Source of the DNA: Camelus ferus
Lineage: Eukaryota
DNA: 64,000 bases
Assembly: GCF_009834535.1 (NCBI RefSeq)
Contig: NC_045697.1
Coordinates: 83,950,001 to 84,014,000, forward strand
Direction: 5' to 3'
The notes beneath the pieces were generated by a model. That model searched no databases. It was not told where the DNA came from and was given only the letters and a program-made list of their open reading frames with translations. Positions 11,281 through 24,894 of this stretch are shown piece by piece. The position numbers and the translations under genes are program-made. Within the stretch, counting starts at the first letter, position 1; each line of letters opens with the position of its first letter.

Positions 11281-11942
11281 TGAATGGCTCCCTGCACTTC
11301 CTGTATCATTGCAACATGTTTTATAGATTTCAGTATACATTTAAATATGAGTTTTTATAAAAGTAATCATATTGAAGATATCCTGCAGCACTTTTGCACT
11401 TTTACCCTCAATTTATTTTACTGTATGAACATGCCTACAAATAATGCACTGAATGAATGTTATGTGAGGCATCTTCACCACCTTACCCAAAAATCTTTTC
11501 CTTGTTAATCCCTGTTAAAGCAGCTACTTCATCAGTGTTTTTATTTGCATTTTGCCGTAAAATATTGATTTCTTTTTAAATTAAAGAATTTATTTACTTT
11601 TAGAACTTACCTCCAGTATTCTTCCTTATTGGCTTTCCAAAGGAGTAGTTCTTCATCTATTTCAGTATTGAAATAGAATCTAGAAAATACTGTAGCCTGG
11701 GTCATACTGAAAACATATGTTGTTTTATCTAACTTTACAGCAAAACTCCTCCAACATGTAGGTTGTTCTGATATTATTTCCACCAATTTCCTTGTTCTTT
11801 TTTCTTTGTATCTTCAATGATATTTACTCATTAAAAAATAGATCTAGGTTTATTGCCATATTGCATTATTTTAGCAATTTTTAAATGCATCCATGAGGAA
11901 TTTTCTATACACTATCATTTGGTTTAAATTCTGTAATGTTTT

Positions 11943-12047
11943 GGGAGGGGGGAAGGTAGAGCACATGCTTAGCATGCATGAGGTCCTGGGTCCAATCCAG
12001 TACCCTCTCCAAAAAAAAATTAATAAACCTAATTACCCCTCCCTCAA
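11943..12047 (+). mobile_element. tRNA-derived SINE (camelid Vic-1-like), A-box partly deleted
   Basis: ggtagagcacatgcttagcatgcatgaggtcctgggtccaatcc, then an A-rich linker and aacctaattacccctccc. Flanked by a perfect 18-bp direct repeat TAAATTCTGTAATGTTTT (11925-11942, 12048-12065). Confidence 0.88.
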
Positions 12048-13404
12048 TAAATTCTGTAATGTTTTAAACTGAGGACTGCCTGACTTCAACCATTGTTGAA
12101 AAAACAAATCTTGAAGTTTTTCATGCTCTGGATGTTTGGTTATTAAATATCTTCTTAGTCCTAACTAGACATTATACTAACATTAGCTAATATCATAGAG
12201 CACAATAAGGTGAAGTTCCTCTCTAACAACAGTGGCTATAAGTCCATATTCCAAATAATGGTCTCAGTAAGTCTGAGTATTTTACTTACCTGTCACATAT
12301 GACTGAACAGTAATGGTGTTTAATCTTGCTACATGGCTGATGTAGAGTTTCTGAAGGAATACAGGAGAGGGGCTCTGCCATATTCTTTCTCTCTTGTGCC
12401 TGAAATGTAAATGTTATCTTTAATCAATAGCTTCCTTTCAGGAATTTTTTAAAACTTGTGTCATTTTGTAAGGGTGAAAATTGGATAATAACATGGAAAT
12501 TCATTTAATCAAGCACCGTAAAACATAATATATTGCAATATGTTGAAAGGGAATGAACATGTGATGGAAACTCTTTCCCCTCTGCCTTGCTGGGAGGTCT
12601 CCTGTTTGGTGGGGTCACCTCAAGCACTATATGAAATTCATAACTCTCTGGACCAGACTAGACCAGGGTACTGGTGTCAATCCATAAATTAAAAGCAGAT
12701 TAAACATTAGTTATTGCTTATTTCCATCTCGTTTTTTGGTTGAGAATAAACGTCCATGGGAGTTCCAGCTGGCTTGTCAGATATGTTGGGGAGGCCTTCC
12801 AGGCACAGAGCACTACAAGGACAAGAGCCCTAGGACAGAAGTGTGCTTGGCACATTCAAGGAACCATAAAGACGCCAGTGTAGCTGGCATATATATACAT
12901 GAAAAATTGCTGTAAGAAGTCCAGTCTTTCACAGTGATAAAAATGAAAAACTCTCCTGGGAACCCTGACCATGTGGTTATTTTCCCACTGTTAAATGATT
13001 AACACTCTGGTCCTAGAGAACAACTTTGAGCTGTCATCTTCGTATTTCCTCTTCATCCATTTCAGCTTTTTGTGATGTAGCAGCCTGCTGACCAGTCTTT
13101 AGAACATTTTATTTAAATGACTAATTACCACCGCCTCCTGTGTAGAAGTTTGGCTAAAAATTATATTCATCTTTCCTCTTCCTCTGAAATTGATTCTCCC
13201 AGTGAGAGAAGAAGAATTTAAGGAGTGTCAAAGAGAATTTGATACATACATCCTGTTTATTTTGACCTCAATATCAGACATAGAGCAAAGAAGAATTTTA
13301 TTATATTTTCGAGTGTGCCTTAATTTGATTTCTCCTTCAAAAAAGAGGTGATCTTATTTAGATATTGTTTGGAAACGGACTCCTTGAAAGGATAAAAGCA
13401 TTTT

Positions 13405-13660
13405 AATGCTGGCTACCACTTACTGTATAGCTTTAAACACATTTTTCTTAGCCTCAGTTTCTCCATCTGTAAAGTGGGGTACTATGTAATGGAATTACTG
13501 TTTTTGTAGATTAAAAATGTCACCAGTTTTACAGGCTAGGAATCTGAGACCAAAGGAATCTGTTAATATATTTTGTGCTACTTTTCAAAGATTATATATT
13601 AAGATAATACTTGACACATAGTAATCATGCCATAAAGGAGTCTGTCATTGTTATTATTAT
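13405..13660 (+). mobile_element. MIR SINE (interrupted)
   Basis: ctaccacttact, gcctcagtttctccatctgtaaagtgggg, and cttgacacatagtaa. Confidence 0.55.
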
Positions 13661-14064
13661 TCTAATTGGAGGAGGAAGCAATTGTCTTCTACGCAAATCT
13701 ATTTCCTTCAGAAATTAAGAAAAGCAGTCATCTAGTCCCTTGTACTCCAGATATACGCATGTAAGTTAAGAGCACAAAAGCCAAATAAATTATTTGTGAT
13801 GATTCTTTTACCATGAGCAGTTTTTCATTTTTGATAAAATGCTACGTTTCACAAAATGTTTGCAGTATCAGTTACTGACTGAGATTTCTTAAGGTAGTAA
13901 ATCCTTAAGTTACATATTTTACAAGGCCAAATAAAATGATTGTCCCCCTTAAAAACCGTAGAGATTTTTAAAAGGGGAAATACCTCAAGCTCTGAAGAAT
14001 TAGTTGCATATAGTTATGTTGAGCTCTGTTTAGAGCAAGCCAACTCTTAATTCTTTTGATTACA

Positions 14065-14210
14065 TTAATCTCTGTGCCTCAGTTTTCTCATTTATAAAAT
14101 GGGGATAGTGTTAGCACCTATCTCCAAGGCTTGTTTTCAGGATTAGAAATTGCACATGCAAATTACTTCACACATGGGAAACATTCAGGATTTTTAAAAA
14201 GTTACTACTA
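14065..14210 (+). mobile_element. MIR SINE fragment
   Basis: aatctctgtgcctcagttttctcatttataaaatggggatagtgttagcacctatctc is a MIR core. Confidence 0.7.
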
Positions 14211-15407
14211 TCACATCTGTGGTTATTCTAATTTTATTTAACCAACCTTTATAAAATTGAAGGCTTATCTGCTGTCTTCTATGCAGTGCTTTTTGAGATC
14301 CGGATCTCAGTGTCATAGGAAGGGCTTCTGCAGTCCTCGGGGTCTCTCCCTGTGAGGTGGCACTTAATGGTTTCAGAATGTGGCCTTATGCTCACTGAGT
14401 AAGCCATTGCCCTTTCATTGGAAACAGCATATGGAAATCATCACAAAGAGAAGGAATCATTTCAAGTGCTTTGAAAATATAAAAGAAAAATAAATTGTCC
14501 CCTAGTAAGTAAACATAGGACGTGATCTCTGAATAGTTGGGAGAACTCCGTGCCAGGGCCCCTGGGGGAGGCTAATGAGCATTTCAGTCCCTCCCCAACC
14601 TCCACCCACGCACTCTTGTCTTCTAAATTAGAAGAAGTTATTACTATATAAGGCTGCTTTTTCTAAGTAAATGGTGATAGTTAAAGTCTTGGTGTTTTTA
14701 GCTTTTCAAACAGTGGGGAATTATTTTCATCAGTCAAGATCAAGCGAAAATGTAAAGCGATTTGTGAAACGCATGGGCCTTGGGAGTCAGATACTACCAT
14801 AGCAGTCACCTTTATTTTTATTTCTTTCATGAAAAACATAACATTTTCCACTGGTTGGTGCTCAGCATGACTGATATTAGATTGAACTGTGTAAATATTA
14901 TATTACACGTATTGGCTGCTGCAGGGAGTCAAAACGCAGTGATCCATTTTCAGGTCTCCAATCTTTTGGCCGCCTGCCTGCCAGATGGGGAAATGTTGAT
15001 CAGAACAGTTTCATCCTGAGGCAGAGCTGCAATCTGGGAGAGCCAGCTCATCGCTGTCTGCTTCCTCTGCACCAAAATGACTATGTAGCTTCACGTTGAG
15101 TGAGTTACCAAGGGTTTCCTTCAGCTGCAGGCGCAGGGCTGAGAGTAGACGCAAATTCAGTTAAGGAGCCCATTAGGATATTTATTCCATTCTGTTCTTT
15201 ATTACCTTCCATTACTCTTCCCCGCTACTTCTTTTTCTTATTTGAGAAGGAAAATTCCTTCTTTGCTGTCTTCACTGCCGCCATTCTCTTAATTCTCATT
15301 CTTTCTTCATCTAGTTCTTGTTATGCTTCTCTTTGCCCCTGTTGCTTCCTAAGCAAATGAAGACATCAAATCTGATGTTGCCTTATCTGCAGAAGGAAAA
15401 GGACTGA

Positions 15408-15410
<3 letters not shown>

Positions 15411-15442
<32 letters not shown>
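15411..15442. repeat. (TG)16 microsatellite
   Basis: Read directly. Confidence 0.95.
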
Positions 15443-15445
<3 letters not shown>

Positions 15446-16199
15446 AGAGAGAACAAAATAGAAAGTTCTGTGTCAAGTCTCTCTTTCTTAATTGATTTTC
15501 ATGGAAAGGTAACATGCTGGATCTTTCGATTGGCTGAGATGAACTAGTACAGAGAGTTATTTTCCAGGAGTGTGTTTCCACAGTCCAGCCTTTGACTCAT
15601 AGAAACTCCTTTCCAAGGTTTTAAGGCCCTTTGCCTCTCATCACTGTCTCTTGTCCGAGCAGCTTGCTTCTCCCTTGGAGGCTGTCCTTATTTTCTCCTG
15701 AACATGACATGTTTATTCTTCTCCCAGGTGTCTGTGACTTTGCCCATGATCTTTTCTGCAATGGAATGTTTCTCTATTTATTTCTCCCAGGCACATAGTA
15801 GGTATGCAACAAAGACTATTTTTAAACTTTAATTATGTATTAACAATGGATTAATAATGATTAATAATGCAGATTAATAATGATTCCTCTTTTTTTAGTA
15901 TTGCATTCAGTCAAAAACAAGTAAACATTGTTTCAGCTCATAAATTTTATCAGAAGCATTAAGAGTAAATGTTTTGAATGATAAGGATAAATGCGAGTGA
16001 TTCTGCTGCATGACTGGGGATGAAGAGCAGGCAGAAGGGGACAGGGACAGCAGGGGCAGGCGTCTGCAGCACAGTGTGAAACAAGGGCATTCTTCTCTTG
16101 GAAGTACTCACAATACAAGAAAAGAAAAGAAATCTAAAAACAAAATACTGTTTTTTGGTAGTTTTCATCTTAATTTATCTTGTTTTCCATGTTGAGAGT

Positions 16200-16232
16200 T
16201 GTTTTTTGTTTTGTTTTGTTTTGTTTTTTTTT
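16200..16232. repeat. (GTTTT)n / T-rich simple repeat
   Basis: tgttttttgttttgttttgttttgttttttttt. Confidence 0.85.
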
Positions 16233-17029
16233 CGTCAATTAAAATAACCTCAGGATTAACCCTGAAGAAGGATAAAATAGCTCCTGTCTGGCATGCTCTA
16301 GAATTTGCAGCTCTTAAAACACTATAATATCCTGAAGGAAGAAATCATTCAGCATTCTCTAAGACATCTTCTCTGGGTCAACAGGAATGGAAGAAATAAA
16401 AAGAACATTCATTTAATCTGATTATTAATGGAGAAAAAAATAAAATATACATGTCAAAAATAATTACTCACAATACTATTAAGTCAGACCTCTTACGAAG
16501 GCCCCAGGGTCCTGGAGTGAAGGTAGCAAAGGGTGACTTCAGACCACAGTATACCTTCCTATTTGCACTGAAGAAATATTATTGTTTTGATAGAGTTAAT
16601 GTTATGATGAAGAGGCTTGTTTCTCACTGGTATTTCTAGTTAAAAATTTTGCATTTTCCCACAGTAATACTGTCATCTTACTCTTTGAAAGCAGGATTCT
16701 AGCTCTTGGCGTCTTCCAAAATAGTGCTCTTCAAGGTGGATGATATACATCTATCTGTAAGTGGATACTTAAGTCAGCTACGTATTTTTTTGAAAGTTGT
16801 TGAATAAATGAATGAATGAGTGAATGTACATCTTTTATTCTTTAGTGTGAAAATGGCAACTACTGAAAAACCTGATTTTGTGGAAGCTTTGTCTGATTTT
16901 CTTTAATGAGCAATGTACTTAAAGGGTAATTGGAAGAGTGATATATATGCTTTATGTGTGTGTGTTCCTATTTTTATCTGATATTATGTAGTAACCAGAT
17001 GCCCCGTGGAAAAAACCATTGATTGAACT

Positions 17030-17180
17030 CTGGGAATCAAGAGACTTGAACTCTAGCCATGGGTCTAACTTGACTTTATTCTGTGACCTTAACTATATCA
17101 CTAAAACTATCTGGCTCTCAATTTCTCTGTTAATAAAAGGAAAGATTTAGAATACATGATTCTAAGGTTCCTTTCAGCTA
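17030..17180 (+). mobile_element. MIR3-like SINE
   Basis: tgggaatcaagagacttgaactctag, ctgtgacctt, ctctcaatttctctgttaataaaagg and tctaaggttcctttcagct. Confidence 0.55.
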
Positions 17181-18049
17181 GAGTCTGTTTTAAATCAAGA
17201 AGATAATAGATGAAAGAAAACATCCATGAATGGTCATATTTTCTCTGTTAACTTGAAAAATAAAGCAGTATTTTCTGGAAAGGGCAATTCTTTATACAGT
17301 CTTTTATGGGACTTTTTTTCTCACTTCTCCAAATCATCATTTGCAGGATGTATATGTTATAAATAAATAAATGAGCAAAACAAAAACTCAAAAGGTATCA
17401 ATTTCATGTGTTTGTTTGCTAGATTTTCCTTTTTTAATGCTGAAAAATGTACTGCAATGAATTACTACTGAATTCATCATTTTATAATGATTCTTCTTTT
17501 GGGGGGGGGTAAATGCTTTATTCTTTCCCTTTCCTTATTTTTTTCTAAATAAAGAGGTAGTTCCCTAGCATACACAAATGTAATCAACATGTTTTTAAAA
17601 TATCGTTAAGAATTCATGAACTTAAATACAATTGATGTTTTTGTAAATCTAACTTCTTTACTCAAACTATAGATTCAACATGATTTTATAGCCTTTAAGT
17701 TTTATTTTCCTTACTCTACTAGAAACCCCAGAGAAACAGTGGCTAAAGATTATCACATAGAATGAAATCGCTCACTCTGACCTAGCTGTTCACTTCTCTG
17801 ACAAATTCTAATTTGATGGGGGAGAGGGAATGTGTTTGATATTCTTCATCTATTCTTTAAACCCCTCTCATTTGGGTAAAATGTGTCAAAAAAGGAGGCA
17901 GTCCTTGGTAAACTTGGACTTGATTAGCTTAGTTCCGCATCTCAAAGCGCAGTGTTTTGAATCAAGTCGTGGTTCTATCCCAAAAAAGGATTCAGGTCTG
18001 TTTTTTTAAAAAATTAAAATAGAACTGAAAATGGCTTTTATTTTTGGAT

Positions 18050-18525
18050 TATAAAAAATGACTCATTGTCGTTGTAGAAAAATTCAAATATTACAGAAAA
18101 GGATAAAAATAAAGTAAAAAATCATAACATCCAGAAATAACACATTATTAACCCTTTGGTGAACAACTTCTCAGTCCCCTCTCTCTGCACACACACCAAT
18201 TGACAATCACACTTACAGTCAATTCTATGTAAAAAGAGTGGTACTAAATGTGCTTTCTTATTAAACACACAACATGAACATCTTTCCTTGTCAGTGAATC
18301 CTGATTTACATCATCTTTTTCGTGACTGCACAGTATTACATGGTATGGATTGACCATAATTTATATAACTCATTCCCCAATGAACATATAAATTATTTAT
18401 AATTTTTCACCATTACAGATAGTGCTGAGATGAATACTTTTGTATATCTAAAATATATTTGTGCACTTAAATGATCATTCCTATAGAAGTAATTTGTAAA
18501 TAGAATTACTAGTCTGAGAGTATGC
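18050..18525 (-). mobile_element. Old L1 (L1ME-like) 3' region fragment
   Basis: tgactgcacagtattacatggtatggattgaccataatttatataactcattcccc is typical of antisense L1M 3' regions. Confidence 0.55.
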
Positions 18526-18936
18526 TGTATTTTTTGGTGAAAATGAAGATTCTCTGAATTAATTTGGGGCCAACTGTTATATATAAAGAGAAATTTTCAT
18601 ATCATGTACATGTCACTCATGATTATACTAGTCAGTATAATTCTTTTTGGCTGATAAAATAAGTAAATGTCAAGGTCACATAATCTAGGTAACATTTTTA
18701 TTCCTAAACATTTAAAAATACTGAAAGTGATTGGTAAGTTTTTAAAATATGAAAGAAAATTTTTTGAGAGAAAAAAATTCCCACATGTTCCAGTTGTACT
18801 AAATTTCCAGATTGTTTCAGGATAAAATTTTTGCATAAAGATAATTAGTGCCTTATAAGTAATGGACAAGAAGGTATTAATGCCTAGGGAATCAGGGTTT
18901 TCAGCTCTCCATTGATTTATCAAAACAGTATAGTCA

Positions 18937-20626
18937 ACCCAAAGCAATCTACAGATTTAATGCAAACCCTATCAAATTACCCAGGACATTTTTCACAGAA
19001 CTGGAACAAATAATCCTAAAATTTATATGGAATCTCAAAAGACCCAGGATTGCCAAAGCAATACTGAAGGGAAAAGAATGAAGCTGGAGGAATAACCCTC
19101 CCAGAGTTCAGACAATATTACAGAGCTACAGTAATCAAAACAGCATGGTATTCGTACAAAAATAGACATATGGATCACTGGAACAGAATAGAGAACCCAG
19201 AAATAAATCCACAAACTTTTGGTCAATTAATCTTTGACAAAGTAGGCAAGAATATACAATGGAGTAAAGAGAGTCTTTTCAGCAAATGGTGTTGGGAAAA
19301 CTGGACAGCTGCATATAAATTAATGAAATTAGAATACTCCCTTACAGCATACACAAAAATAAACCCAAAATAGCTTAAAAACTTAAACATAAGACACTAT
19401 AAACCTCTTAGAAGCAAACATAGGCAAAACATTATCTGACATAAATCTGAGCAATGTTCTTCTAGGGCAGTCTACCCAGGCAATAGAAATAAAAGCAAAA
19501 ATAAACAAATGGGACCTTATTAAACTTACAAGCTTTTGCACAGCAAAGGAAACCATAAGCAAAACAAAAAGACAACCTACGGAATGGGAGAAAATATTTG
19601 CAAAAGATGAGACTGACAAGGGCTTAATTCCCAGAATATATAAACAGCTCATACAACTTAATAATAAAAAATAAATAACCCAATCCAAACATGGGCAGAA
19701 GACCTAAACAAGCAATTGTCCAAGGAAGACATACAAATGGCCAATAGGCACATGAAAAAATGCTCAATATCAATAATTATCAGAGAAGTGCAAATCAAAA
19801 CTACAATGAGGTATCACCTCACACCAGTCAGAATGGCCATCATTCAAAAGTCCACAAATGACAAATGCTGGAGAGGCTGTGGAGAAAAGGGAACCTTCCT
19901 GCACTGCTGATAGGAATGTAGTTTGGTGCAGCTATTATAGAAAACAGTATGGAGATTCCTTAAAAAACTAAAAATACGCTTACCATATGACCCAACAATC
20001 CCACTTCTGGGTATATATCTGGAGGGAACTCTAATTTGAAAAGATACATGTACATCAGTGTTCATAGCAGCACTATGTACAATAGCCAAGACATGGAAAC
20101 AACCTAAATGTCCATCAACAGATGACTGGATAAAGAAGAAGTGGTATATTTATACAATGGAATACTACTCAACCATAAAAAGAATGAAATAATGCCATTT
20201 GCAACTACATAGATGGACTGGGAGATTGTCATTCTAAGTGAAGTAAGCAGAGAGAAAAAGAAAAAACACCATGTGATATCACTTATTATGTGGAGTCTAA
20301 AAAAAAGACAAATGAACTTATTTACAAAACAGAAAGATTCACAGACATAGAAAACAAACTTATGGTTACCAGGAAGGGAAGCAGGTGGAAAGGGATAAAT
20401 TGGGAGTTCAAGATTTGCAGATACTAACTACTGTATATAAAATAGATAAACAACAAGTTTATACTGAATAGCACAGGGAATTGTATTCAATATCTTGTAG
20501 TAACCTATAATGAAGGAGAATGTGAAAATGAATACATGTATGTATATATATGTGTGTGACTGAACTATTATGCTGTACACCAGAAATTGACACATTGTAA
20601 ACTGACTATGCTTCAATCAAAAAAAA
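18937..20626 (+). mobile_element. LINE-1, 5'-truncated: degraded ORF2 C-terminal part, 3' UTR and A-tail
   Basis: ORF fragments [36 protein letters not shown] and [15 protein letters not shown]...[13 protein letters not shown]...[14 protein letters not shown] are L1 ORF2p, with stops and frameshifts. Ends cttcaatcaaaaaaaa. Degenerate TSD aaaacagtatagtca (18922-18936) / aagacaatatactca (20625-20639), 12 of 15 identical. Confidence 0.95.
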
Positions 20627-21299
20627 GACAATATACTCAGATAAATCAGATTTTCAGAAACCTATCTTACAGAAATAAACTTTGCTCTCTCTTTTGAAAG
20701 ATATGTCAAAATAGGTTGTGTACATGATAAAGCCATATATAAAATATAAAAAATGTGGTTATATCATTGTAGTATTGTTTTCCTAAAGTTATAGGGTCAG
20801 TTTCAAGAGAAAGCCTACCTTTTAGGAAACACATCATTGAAATTTAGGTCCTAGACTTCGTGTTTTGGGTTTTAATTTATGAAAGAATTACAAAACCTAT
20901 ATTCAGTTTTTAACGTAGTTTATAAAATTTTGTTTTAATATAGTTAAAATTCCCTAACTAGTCTGGTTCTTAGAAAAAGATGAATTATTTTTAGAAGATT
21001 CCACATAATATAAAAGATTATATGTAAATAATATGAAGCATGGAGGAATGACCACCTCTGGTTTACAGTTCCGTTCTCTGTGCTACAGAGGAGCCCCTAG
21101 TCAGGCCCAGCACCTGGCCAGGAGCAGAGCCCCAGGAGGAATGATTCCGTGCTGAGATGTAAGCTCATGTGTACTCTTAGACATCCTTTAGGCATCAACA
21201 AAAAGTACTGCTGATTGTAAATTTGCCCTGAGAGAAGCAGAATATTAAAGATAAAGCTCTTTGTGTTGAAACATTCAAAGGTTGGAAACTTACATATAC

Positions 21300-21960
21300 G
21301 TGACCATCTATTCCATGTACATGGCCTTTGGTTTAATTTTTTGGAGGCAATGGGGCTGGTCCTGAGTGAATCCAACCTAAAGACGTGTCCATGGGGGTCA
21401 TGACATAGAGTGGGTTACATGTTTGGTTGTGTGGAAGAGAGGAGAGCCTGTGGGAAATGGAGATGCCTTTTCCCCAGCCTTGCCTGGGACAACCTCTCAC
21501 TCCAATAGTGGGAGAGTAGGTGGCAGCAATAGGAATTGTGTTCTGTGAAATGTAGGGTATTAGCTGTGCTAGCATCCAGGTGAGTGTGCGACACAACACT
21601 GTGAAGAGATGTGCTCTGGCTGTTCCTTCTCATACAGAGGAAGGGATAGCAAGGACTGGAGATACTGCAGTTTAACCCCTTGACGGTTTTGCAGCTCTGC
21701 AGCTTTGTACACAGGAACCTAAATGCTCCTGGCAGAGACGTAGCTTTGCCATAAGAGATTTCTGGAAACAGCAGTGATAGAGGCAGACTGGATGAACAGT
21801 GGGCCACACTCATCCTTGGGAAGGCAGCTGCAGAAGGATGTGAGTGAACGTGTCCCTGAGCATGGCGGAGGAGCTAGCAAAATTCAAGTTGTTAGTGTCC
21901 CTGGGGGCATTGTGATTACACTTTTATCTGTGTGGTTTCCAGAGAGCACCGCCTGGGTCC
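21300..21960. mobile_element. Possible ancient LTR-derived block
   Basis: GC-richer block of LTR-like composition, distinct from its flanks. No family reliably recognised. Confidence 0.25.
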
Positions 21961-22687
21961 ATATCTCTGACCTTCAGAAAGTTGATGTCCATATTCCAAA
22001 AGCTATCTGTAAACTAAAATAATTGCAAGTGAGATGACTCAGCAGTTGCACAATGGCATTTACTGATCCCTCAGGACATGCTCCCGGTCTCTCCCATTTG
22101 TTGAAGACAGATAACCTGAACATGACTATCCACCCCTCATTTTTTGGTTTTCCATTTCCAGAGTCTGTGTTCTGCAATGACCCCCTAAATCATTAATCTA
22201 GCTCAAGTGCTGGGAGTTCTCCAGTTCCTTCCGTGTTGCTGCTTTTTATCTTAGATTGACTTTTTTTAGCAACACATGTTGCTGTTTTTCATTGTGGTTT
22301 TAGTTCTAAAGGTTGCTGCAGGTGCCAAGAGAAACCCTGACAGTGTAGCCCCAAAGGCTTATTACAAAGGATGCAGTGGAGAATGCAGACGCTATCACTC
22401 AGCTTGGCTTTTCCTTTTCTGTGCTAGGACTTTGTTTCTCCTCTGTCCCTAAATTTCCTTTTGACCTTGCAGAACATGCCTCTGCTCGTATCTAAGAGGA
22501 GGGTTGCACTGGAGATTTCCGTTTTCACAGCATTCAAAATCACTTAACCTTCATGAGCACAAACACTTAGGAATTACTTGCTTAATTTTGTTATGTGTAT
22601 GTTTTTCTGGGAAGTATGGTGTTTTTAAGTATTCACAGTTTCTGCTAATTGATAGGACAGGGAAAACCACACTGAACTCCAGAGGGG

Positions 22688-22735
22688 GAGAGCGAGAGAG
22701 CATGAGAGCGAGAGCGAGAGTGAGAACGAGTGAGC
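22688..22735. repeat. Degenerate (GAGAGC)n hexamer repeat
   Basis: gagagcgagagagcatgagagcgagagcgagagtgagaacgagtgagc. Confidence 0.8.
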
Positions 22736-23619
22736 CTTTAGGGACTAGGGCTTTGGGAGATTTTAACTACCTGTAAGTATTTCATAGAAAACCAACATTG
22801 TTTAAAAGCTTAGCCTGTGAGTGAATGTGTGTATGGAAAGAGGTGAGGGAACCCAGTCCAATAGGTCGTTTTAAGCTAGGTTAAAGGAACATAGCACCAG
22901 AACAAATCTTTTCTTATCTTATGTAGCCATTCCCCCCCCAATAATCCTTCAAAATTTAGTTCAGTCCAGTTGTTTTCATGTATCTCTCTGCAAACAAAAT
23001 ATGAGTACTTCATTTTTCTAAAACTGTCAATGCCATGCATTGTCAATGCCCAAGCATTTGATGCTTAATCATACACTTAATTTTTTTTTTATTTTTCACG
23101 AGTGTGTGTTTTTTCCAAAGAAAATGCTAAGTTCCTTAAAGGCAGGGAGCATGTTTTATATTTATTTTATCTGATGGTTTCTTGCACATGAGAGGCCCTC
23201 AATGAATATTTAAGAGATCTATTCTGGATTTCCCTGTGCATTGTCTGTCCTTGAGTCCCTTTGCTACAGAGTGCCACCTTTATTGTAATACAAATAAAGG
23301 AAAGATAAAGTATTTTGATTTAAGAAAACTCTAAAGGATATGAGGATGGAATTCTGAGGCAAATTTATCTTTAACTTACTTAGATTTCAGATCATTTTTT
23401 GCTTTCCTTGCTTCTGTTACGGATAATTGGGAACTGCCTGCATTATAACTGCATGAAATTTCTTGGTTATTTATTATTATGAATCGGTCACATAGTCCTC
23501 CTCTGCTTCTCTCTTATAAACTCCAGATGTATGTCTGAGATTAATTCAGTCTTTGTTTTCCCCCTTCACCATTTGTTTTTCTATTGAATGTAGTCACTTT
23601 CAAGCAGTTGAAGTGGAAA

Positions 23620-23910
23620 TATCAGTATGTTCTCTGAGGCCTGATCCTTTGTTCTTCGATTGTTTTATTTTCTTCATGCATGCGTGAAAGTGTCTTGGCA
23701 TGTTCTTATACTAACACTGAAAACTCTACACTCTTTCTCCATAGTTTGCATGAAATTTCTGTGTCAGAGTCAAAGGAAAACTCTTTGCATGAGATGTCAT
23801 AATGAAGGTCTTGCACGTCACCATCAAGGAAGGAGTTAACTAAAGTTTAGAAGCTCTTCATGTTATTAATTCTAGGAGTTGAGATGAGACATATACTAAA
23901 AATCATTTTG
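23620..23910 (+). repeat. Diverged local duplication, copy A
   Basis: Shares collinear blocks with 26228-26520 at an offset of about 2607: TCTTGGCATGTTC, AAAACTCTACACTC, TCCATAGTTTGCAT, AAAGGAAAACTCTTT, ATAATGAAGGTCTTGC. Confidence 0.88.
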
Positions 23911-24099
23911 TTTACAAGTCCCATTTTCATCCAGAGACCCTTTTTTTCTCTCTTTGTAATAGATCTATATACAATGAGAACACAGACTTACTTTTTATAA
24001 AGAGAAATTTCCCTTGGGGCGCAGACATGAATTGACAGGATTAAGTCTAGGTGCAAAATAAGATTGCAGAATGGCAACAACTGAAAAATATGGGAAATA

Positions 24100-24450
24100 T
24101 TAATGGGATCATAAAATCTTAGTGTTGAAAGAGACATCTCATTTGATACAACTTGCCCCTAGATGGAGGACTTCTTTTTGCAATATCACTAATAAACAAC
24201 CCGCTTTTTAAAATATAGTTTTTGTCTTGGGACTCAATAAAATCTAAAAAATTCATTGTTGGTCACCAATACTCCAAGAAAAAATTTCCTTATAGTTAGG
24301 TGAAATCTTCTGACTTGTAATTTCTACTCATTGACCCAAACTCTGCCTTCAGTGAAGTACAGAACAGGTCTACTCCTTCTTCCCACGACAGCTGTTCAAA
24401 TAAAGACTTCTAGAAATGCCAGTCATTCTTTCCCTGTAACTTACCCTTCT
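24100..24450 (-). mobile_element. L3/CR1 LINE fragment
   Basis: tttccttatagttaggtgaaatcttctgacttgtaatttctactcattgacc and acagaacaggtctactccttcttcccacgacagc match recalled antisense CR1 3' sequence. Confidence 0.6.
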
Positions 24451-24894
24451 AATGGAATACATCTACCTTGGGGCCCTAGCTGTACCAGTAAATTCAGAGT
24501 TCTGCATTTAATTTAAAAAAACCAATTTTATAAGGTGATGGGTGATACCAGCTAGATAGTAGTTCAGAAAAATAAGACTTTAGGGTTTTATTTGGCTAAG
24601 CTTACTTTAATTAACACCAATATTAAGCAGTTATAAAATAACCTCAGACTGCATTAATAAGGGAAACGTTTAGCTAAACATATGGTTATTATTTTTGTTT
24701 ATAGTTTCAATTTTACTGTAAGAATTTTTTTCATGTAATTTTCCAAATTGTGTCCATAAACATTAGGGAAGTTATTTCAGGGTAAAATCAACCACACTTC
24801 GCAGATTTATGGATTCTACCTAATTTTTAACATTGGCTTCTGATACTCATTTTAATTCAGCAAGCATATTCACCACTTGCTTTGTGAAAAGTAC

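Noticed and set aside
15245..15262. Short palindrome AGAAGGAA-AA-TTCCTTCT containing NF-kB-like GGAAAATTCC
   Set aside because: Lies in low-complexity purine/pyrimidine-skewed sequence where short inverted repeats are common.
15849..15885. GATTAATAAT x3; other micro-duplications at 23025-23050 and 56082-56099
   Set aside because: Ordinary short slippage repeats with no spacer structure. Not CRISPR-like and no sign of function.
19035..20089. Cluster of 60-100 aa ORFs on both strands (also 29643-30391 and 50843-51360)
   Set aside because: All are fragments or antisense readings of degraded L1 ORF2 and 3' UTR.
20428..20616. Recurring small ORF family MK(H/Y)SQFTM... (also 25803-25985 and 50843-51025)
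   Set aside because: Looks like a peptide family but is the antisense reading of the same L1 3' end in three copies.
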